Source of the DNA: Armatimonadia bacterium
GTDB lineage: Bacteria; Armatimonadota; Zipacnadia; Zipacnadales; UBA11051
Length of the DNA: 32,178 nucleotides
NCBI GenBank assembly: GCA_039683575.1
Contig: JBDKRC010000070.1
Span: forward strand, 1-32,178
Direction of reading: 5' to 3'
A program made the position numbers and the translations under genes. Shown one piece after another: positions 27,801 to 32,178 of the stretch (positions within the stretch are counted from its first letter, which is position 1; each line of letters begins with the position of its first letter). The notes beneath the pieces are model-generated. The model searched no databases. It saw only the letters and a list, made by a program, of their open reading frames with translations, and was not told the DNA's origin.

Positions 27801-29288
27801 GCCGTCCACAACCCGTGCGTCGGACGGATTGCCCGCCAGGACGATGAGGTCGTAGTCCGTCGTGGATAGGCGTCGCAGGATGGTGTCCGGGTCGAAAGCT
27901 GCAACCGAGTCCACTTTGCCCGAGCCGCGGTAGGTTGGGCAGTAGACGAGATCGTAACTTAAGTCCAGACGCTCGGCCAGTTCCACGGCATCACGCTGGA
28001 ACTCGCCGATGAGGATGAGCGCCCGTAGCGGGCCGCCCGGCAGGGGCTTGAAGGCACTCCACACCGTGGTCGGGTAGGGCTCGCCGATACCCCGGTGCTC
28101 CAAGCGTGTACAGCGCGCGGCGTCGGCGATGCCCTGCAGGCCGCGCAGGCCCGGGAACATCTGCACGTAAGCGTACTCGATCCAGCCCTGCCGGTTGGCA
28201 CGGTAGAGATTGAGCGCCTGTAAGCGCTTGGCGCCCTTGTCCACGATGATGCGCCCGCTGTAGAGCCGGTAGTCGCCGGCCACCTCCAGCTTCCAGAAGG
28301 GGTAGAGGTCGTCGGGGCTGCCGTCCTCCATCTCCTGCACCGCCGCGATCCCGGCGAGGGCATCAGGGGAGCCGCGCATGACGGCATAGATGGTGAAGGC
28401 ATCACCGGCCTTGACGGGCAGATTCAGGGGCTGGCTGGCGACACCGTAGTCGGCGGCATTGCGGATCCCCCAGTGACCGGAGGCGGGATGGACCTCCGCG
28501 AACTCAGAGGCGGGGGACAGACCCCAGTTCTCCGGCCGGCCCTGCTTGAGGCGACTGAAGTCAGGATTGGCGAGGAGCCCGTCGGTGGCCTGGTAGCCCG
28601 AGACGCGGCCTGGTTGGGCCTGCGCGGCCAGGCGCAAGCGCCCGAAGTGCTCCGGCTGCCCGAATTTGGCCACGCCCTGGGCCAAAGGCGCCCAGGTGCT
28701 CCATTCAACCGGCGCCTCAGGGCGGTGTTCTCGCCCGACGTTGAACCCCCATACGGCGCCTTCCGCGGGGGCGCGAACGCCGAGTTGCGACCAGGGCAGG
28801 GCCATCTCCAACTGCCAGGCCTGTGGCAGTATCACGGTGCGCAGTTGCACCTCGGCCTGGAAGCCCGGATCGTCATTGCGTGCATCGTAGAGAACGCCCC
28901 GGGCGTTCACGATGAAATGCAGGAAGTCGGCCCGCGCGGGGTCTGGCTGCAGAAACAGCTCCACGGCGTCCTCCAGCCAGACGCTGCCGTCGCGGTCCCG
29001 GACGGCGGCGGTGAGGGCCGGCGGGTCGGGCTCCAGGCAGATCACGTGCAGGTACAGCGCGCGATCATCCCAGGTTGCCCGCACGGTCGTCTGGCGGAAG
29101 GCGCGCTCCTGGCCAGCGCTGCCGAGCACCGAGAAGTCAGTTGCGGTCATGGCCTCGCGCCAGCAGGCGTCGGTAAGCTGGGCATCCACCACAGGCGCTG
29201 AAGCACAGCGTCCGGCCACCAGCGTCTGCCCGAACACGGGCGCATGCACCGCAGCCAGCAACAGCACGCAAAGCCATGGCCTTCGCAC
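24825..29288 (-). CDS. Secreted multimodular GH42-like protein (CBM9-like, CBM-like, GATase-like, GH42-like barrel, trimerisation domain, C-terminal Ig/MG-like domain)
   Basis: Start moved from 29378 to the GTG at 29288 (GAGGTG RBS, signal peptide MRRPWLCVLLLAAVHAPVFG-Q; 1487 aa). CBM9-like VDAQLTDACW...EDAVELF. GH42-like GYNMDDE, CACDFC (CxCxxC) and FQAWARTCYGTIAQANREWGTAYGSFEEI. Trimerisation segment LIVLPSCVALSDETVAALKGFVARGG. C-terminal IPLALNDPPGQW. Confidence 0.75.
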   Translation of the reverse strand: MRRPWLCVLLLAAVHAPVFGQTLVAGRCASAPVVDAQLTDACWREAMTATDFSVLGSAGQERAFRQTTVRATWDDRALYLHVICLEPDPPALTAAVRDRDGSVWLEDAVELFLQPDPARADFLHFIVNARGVLYDARNDDPGFQAEVQLRTVILPQAWQLEMALPWSQLGVRAPAEGAVWGFNVGREHRPEAPVEWSTWAPLAQGVAKFGQPEHFGRLRLAAQAQPGRVSGYQATDGLLANPDFSRLKQGRPENWGLSPASEFAEVHPASGHWGIRNAADYGVASQPLNLPVKAGDAFTIYAVMRGSPDALAGIAAVQEMEDGSPDDLYPFWKLEVAGDYRLYSGRIIVDKGAKRLQALNLYRANRQGWIEYAYVQMFPGLRGLQGIADAARCTRLEHRGIGEPYPTTVWSAFKPLPGGPLRALILIGEFQRDAVELAERLDLSYDLVYCPTYRGSGKVDSVAAFDPDTILRRLSTTDYDLIVLAGNPSDARVVDGLLGAVERGVGVLCVDPVAGGGPADPDQHKRLRTALATRDLPAERWPELLGALDATALTATSAGPSALKSLGTGELGQGRIARLTWSEPVSGLTPFTPGLAEYWEYRWAALCHTALWAARRTRPAPLTALTTGPVVSLQAVGAAKQPLEVEVCWDGRLGRLGTLRRTITPGADGPATVTFDSPAAAAIVRGPVIVRALLRDAAGHALDCAAKPMPDVTPPVTIQSVAAPGELAPEAQFTVQATCAIATGVKPTIRAELVDAFGRVTSRTEATPSATGTQPLTMSLRVASPLSVYHRVVVSALVGSTVVDHATAEVLVPLAAADDLDDFTLAVGYAAMQVRCPEYLRDELVSFLRAQGVRSCTVSEYLVRRGFPAFGGVVSAGMRNSGTKNVRVRCFSDPAQLAALADRVTATVAAKRPWGFFGYNMDDETHLSQQGNEELCACDFCRSGFQAWARTCYGTIAQANREWGTAYGSFEEITIPLLRDMQGQTNPARWVDFRLYMDRVWAQAYATAHQAVRAKFPDVKLSFTNPYSYNSLSGTDFSLWVPNEEILLRYFHRHVVDRNRSWSQAPLTSWFGYESAAPECGRFLWWFAFNGGVCPIWWDPIEPWAYTGKDGFTPWQMLDPLWRPTGRSVAVSTAAQDLQGGIGRLLRLARPADAEALVVHSQASLHSLYAGPAMQVGRPADTGYQRYAASDDALAAALKRAGLCYRYALPEQLTPKNLEGVSLIVLPSCVALSDETVAALKGFVARGGGLLADLLPATQTAHGGPRPASPLADVFDGKRGVCLGASATAQQAAALDSALTKLGVRAALSLQLAEGGLPAQTEAYRYALGEAQFLGLVRAATTEAAREGDVVLRLPERRFVYDARAGKLLGHCDRLQVGIPAGEARFLALLPYRVEGLGLRCRVEGKELRIVADVRCNTRPTDHVLHLELTAPGQSTPVFAYTRNLTAQAGRLDMVIPLALNDPPGQWQATIRDVATGTSAKQTFRLQ

Positions 29289-29365
29289 GAAGAACACCTC
29301 GCAGTGACGGATCGGCGTTACGCTCAATAGACTAAGTTGATGATGCCCCCGGTGGCCTGGGGGAG

Positions 29366-30625
29366 TCAGAGGTCCCAATCCGGGCGCAGTTCACGCGCGC
29401 GTTTGGCCACTTTGTCGCGCAGCTTCTTGGGCTTCTTGATATCGCCGAGAACACTGGGCCACGGCTGTCCGGGCCCGGCGTCGGCCGGATCGGGTGACCA
29501 GTTGTCGTCCTCATAGGCGGCCAACTCGGCCTCGGTCTCAAAGCTCGGTACATCGAAGGCCATGTTGTTGTTAAGCGCGCTCTTGTAGGCCAGAATGCCC
29601 AGGCAGCTCATCTGCAGGCCGCGATACACGTCGAAATAGGGTGGCACACCGGTGCGAATTGCCTGTACGAACTCGTGAAGCATGAAGAAGTCACCGCCGC
29701 CATGGCCACTGCGGGACGCGAGTTCGTGGAACTGGCGGAACTCGGGCCGGTACATCAGGTCTGCCGGTTCGCCGGGTTGCTTGCTCCAGGGCTCCTTGTG
29801 CACCAGCAACTGGCTGGAATCGGTTCGTGAGGTCTCCAGGGTGCCCTGGTGGCCGTAGATGCGGAACCAGAGAAGGTGCTTCTCCAGGGCGCCCAGCAGT
29901 AGCTTCGCGTAAGCCCCATTCTCCATCTGCACCATGATGACAGCGGCGAGATCGTTGCGCTTGTAGGTGTCACTGCATGAGGGCGTCTGCGGGTCCCACG
30001 GTACCACAAAGCCATTCACCTTCACCGGACGCAAGCGAGTGATGTACATGATGGGACTCATACTGTGGGTGCAGTAGTAGGTTGACGGGATCCAGTTGCG
30101 CCAGTGGTCCAAAGTGGGGGAGAGGCTGATCTTGGTGTCAGCGGAGACCGGATGGACATACTCGCCCTCGCCATACCGGAACTCGCCAATCTCGCCCTTT
30201 TGGTAGAGATAGGCCATTTCCTGCGTGGCGTTCATGTACGCGCAGTTCTCGGCGAACATGTAGATCCTGCCGCTGGCCTCGACCGCCCGGACAAGCTCCA
30301 CTGCTTCGCCCATCGTCTTGGTGGCGATGCACTCGCTCTGCACGTGCAGGCCGGCCTGCAGCGCTTGGATGGCCGCCGGGGCATGTTCGGTGCAGTAGTT
30401 CGCCAGAACCACCGCGTCGAGATCGTGTTCCAGCATCTTCCCGTAGTCCGTATAAGCCGTGACGCCCGGACGGGCCTTCACGAACTCCTGCAGGGCGCGC
30501 TCCCTCTGATCGCAAACCGCCACCAGCTCCACGCCTTCCATGGCTTGTGCCTGATCAGCGAATGAGCGCCCACGCCCGATGCCATACACGCCCACGCGGA
30601 TCGGCTTATTGCTGCGCCTGGCCAT
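29366..30625 (-). CDS. Gfo/Idh/MocA-family NAD(P)-dependent oxidoreductase, GH109-like, cytoplasmic
   Basis: 419 aa with AGGAGG RBS. Rossmann motif IRVGVYGIGRG, ELVAVCD, EHAPAAIQALQAGLHVQSE, YMFAENC, GEGEYVH, YYCTH and SGHGGGD. Confidence 0.9.
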   Translation of the reverse strand: MARRSNKPIRVGVYGIGRGRSFADQAQAMEGVELVAVCDQRERALQEFVKARPGVTAYTDYGKMLEHDLDAVVLANYCTEHAPAAIQALQAGLHVQSECIATKTMGEAVELVRAVEASGRIYMFAENCAYMNATQEMAYLYQKGEIGEFRYGEGEYVHPVSADTKISLSPTLDHWRNWIPSTYYCTHSMSPIMYITRLRPVKVNGFVVPWDPQTPSCSDTYKRNDLAAVIMVQMENGAYAKLLLGALEKHLLWFRIYGHQGTLETSRTDSSQLLVHKEPWSKQPGEPADLMYRPEFRQFHELASRSGHGGGDFFMLHEFVQAIRTGVPPYFDVYRGLQMSCLGILAYKSALNNNMAFDVPSFETEAELAAYEDDNWSPDPADAGPGQPWPSVLGDIKKPKKLRDKVAKRARELRPDWDL

Positions 30626-30674
30626 ATCGGTACCTCCTGCCGACGGAACTCATGTCTGACTGCCAGTTTGTCAC

Positions 30675-30723
30675 GCTAAGTGCCGAGACCTTCCTATATA
30701 TTGCAGGGGAGGTCTCACTAAGC
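30675..30723. promoter_or_regulatory. Imperfect inverted repeat around an AT-rich core in a divergent intergenic region (candidate operator/promoter)
   Basis: GAGACCTTCC (30685-30694) and GGGAGGTCTC (30707-30716) flank TATATATTGCAG. Outer arms are GCTAAGT (30675-30681) and ACTAAGC (30717-30723). It lies between two divergently transcribed genes. Confidence 0.4.
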
Positions 30724-30794
30724 AGCATTGCGAAGTGGCCATCGCCCACACCCAAACTGCAACTACCGCAGGTGTGGTCACGGAGGTGTCCCAC

Positions 30795-32178
30795 GTGCCC
30801 CGCCACATTTCTCCCGCTATGGCCATCGCCACCATCATACTGGTCACCGTGGCCCCAGGCGTCTGTCTGGGCGCCACATACCAGCTTGCCGCGGTCAACG
30901 TCCCACAGGGCCCTGCCCTAAGGGGCGACCTCTTGGACCCATTGTGGCAGAAGGCCGCGCACGTGCCGGCCTTTGTGGCGGCCGATGGGCTGAGCAGGCC
31001 GCAGGCCGCGACTGAGGCGTACCTTCTGGCTGACCGGGAGTATCTATACGTCGCCTGGGTCTGCCACGAGCCAAAGACGAACCGGCTTGTGGCAAACGCC
31101 ACCGAGCGCGACAGTTCGGTGTGGAGCGATGACTGCGTTGAGTTCCTGCTCGACCCGAGCAATGGCGATACGTGGATGTACCACTTCATCGTCAACTCCA
31201 AGGGTACCATGTGGGATGGCCTTCACGGCCCTGCCGGGGGTGACCAGGAGTACACCTCGCGTGCCGTGGCCAAGACGGCAGTTGGGCCGGACCGCTGGAC
31301 ATGTGAGCTACGTATCCCTTGGGGCGATGTGGGCGGCGCACCACAACCGGGCGAAGTCTGGGGCCTGAACTTCTGTCGCGAGCGCAAGGTTGACAACCAG
31401 GAGATCACCTCCTGGGCTCCCTCGTATGGCAATTTCACTGATCCAAGCTACCTTGGTGAGGTAGCTTTCCCGCCGGCGCCGGGCCCGGTCGTGGTGCGCA
31501 TCCTGTCCCGTGGCGCCACCAGCAGTGATGCCAACGAGCGCGGGCTGAATGTCTTCAGCATCGCCGTCGACAACCACGGCACGCGGGCCGTAGACGTGAA
31601 AGCGGAAATCGCCGCTGCCGGAAAGTCTCTGGCCACCCGCCAGGCGCAGGTGCCTGCCGGGCAGTCTCAGGCGCTCAAGGTGCCGTACAACGTGCCCGCC
31701 CCAGGGCAGCCCCTGCTGAGCTTTGTGGTACAGGTCAACGCGAAGGCCGCCTACGAGAGCAAGCTCACGGCACTCAAGCCCGTGGGCAAGATGGCCCGCT
31801 CGTGGGTAACGCCTGACCCGCTGTACAAGGAGTTGCTGGGCAAGGAGCCGCCGGGTCTGCGCAGCCAGGGGCACCTGATGTGGTCACACCTGGTTATAGT
31901 GCCACAGAACCGCGAGGCCGCCGTGCGCTTCGGGGTGCGGTACGTCCTGGACGAGGCATACAGGGAGTATGGAGTGCACAAGAGCCGCATCATTGGCTCT
32001 GGCAACCCCGAGGGCGAGCGGGCGCAGTACTTCGCCCGCTACGGGATCGGCGCAATGGTTGAGGGACCGTCGCATGCCAAAGGCTCGCCGTGGGTCCTCG
32101 ATCCGGCCAGCATAGACAACCTGATCGCCTTCTTCGACAAGCTGCTGAGCGAGCCGCACCCGCATATCTGGGGCATCT
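30795..32178 (+). CDS. Secreted CBM9-like-domain protein, probable glycoside hydrolase (truncated at the window edge)
   Basis: Absent from the ORF track. GGAGGT RBS at 30782-30787 and GTG at 30795. Translation MPRHISPAMAIATIILVTVAPGVCLGA... with CBM9-like motifs LRGDLLDPLW, YLYVAW, VWSDDCVEFLLDP, YHFIVNSKG and WGLNFCRER. The frame is open to the end (...EPHPHIWGI). Confidence 0.85.
   Translation, partial: MPRHISPAMAIATIILVTVAPGVCLGATYQLAAVNVPQGPALRGDLLDPLWQKAAHVPAFVAADGLSRPQAATEAYLLADREYLYVAWVCHEPKTNRLVANATERDSSVWSDDCVEFLLDPSNGDTWMYHFIVNSKGTMWDGLHGPAGGDQEYTSRAVAKTAVGPDRWTCELRIPWGDVGGAPQPGEVWGLNFCRERKVDNQEITSWAPSYGNFTDPSYLGEVAFPPAPGPVVVRILSRGATSSDANERGLNVFSIAVDNHGTRAVDVKAEIAAAGKSLATRQAQVPAGQSQALKVPYNVPAPGQPLLSFVVQVNAKAAYESKLTALKPVGKMARSWVTPDPLYKELLGKEPPGLRSQGHLMWSHLVIVPQNREAAVRFGVRYVLDEAYREYGVHKSRIIGSGNPEGERAQYFARYGIGAMVEGPSHAKGSPWVLDPASIDNLIAFFDKLLSEPHPHIWGI

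Noticed and set aside
29289-29365. AT-rich patch with weak dyads (TCAA...TTGA; CCCC...GGGG) between the oxidoreductase and the GH42-like gene
   Set aside because: The stems are short and there is no U-tract or convincing -35/-10 pair, which is insufficient to call a terminator or promoter.
8215-29378. ORF-track start positions 8271, 12080, 14953, 21043 and 29378
   Set aside because: Downstream starts (8214, 12146, 14959, 20965, 29288) have properly spaced RBSs and, for the secreted proteins, begin directly with signal peptides. The longer 21043 and 29378 versions would overlap upstream genes.
3344-32165. Numerous 60-360 aa overlapping ORFs in the track (e.g. 13475..14554 -, 21486..22457 +, 14938..15882 -, 31308..31874 -)
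   Set aside because: They overlap well-supported long CDS on the opposite strand or in other frames, and have Arg/Pro/Ala-rich or antisense-type composition with no family motifs.
1-32178. CRISPR arrays, IS elements/transposases, tRNA/rRNA, defence or phage genes
   Set aside because: None were seen. The window is almost fully coding, intergenic gaps are under 200 nt, and there are no regularly spaced repeats.

Overview
GC-rich bacterial window filled almost entirely by one glycan-degradation gene cluster of 12 CDS in four alternating putative operons (- strand 8214->1; + strand 8411->18021; - strand 30625->18023; + strand 30795->window end). Nine CDS encode large multimodular proteins with signal-peptide-like N-termini: a divergent GH20-like hexosaminidase, two GH123/DUF4091-like proteins, a GHL10/DUF187 protein, two GH42-like proteins, a LamG-DUF6259-CBM6-like protein, a CBM-fused calcineurin-like phosphoesterase, and a truncated CBM9-like protein. 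Three lack signal peptides: a neutral-ceramidase-family amidohydrolase, a GH109-like Gfo/Idh/MocA oxidoreductase, and a large Cys-rich hypothetical protein. The two edge genes (1..3249 and 30795..32178) are missing from the ORF track and were translated by hand. I found no RNA genes, mobile elements, CRISPR arrays, transporters or regulators. The gene style is reminiscent of Armatimonadota or PVC-type glycan degraders, but that is inference. All family calls come from recognising motifs by eye, not from database searches.
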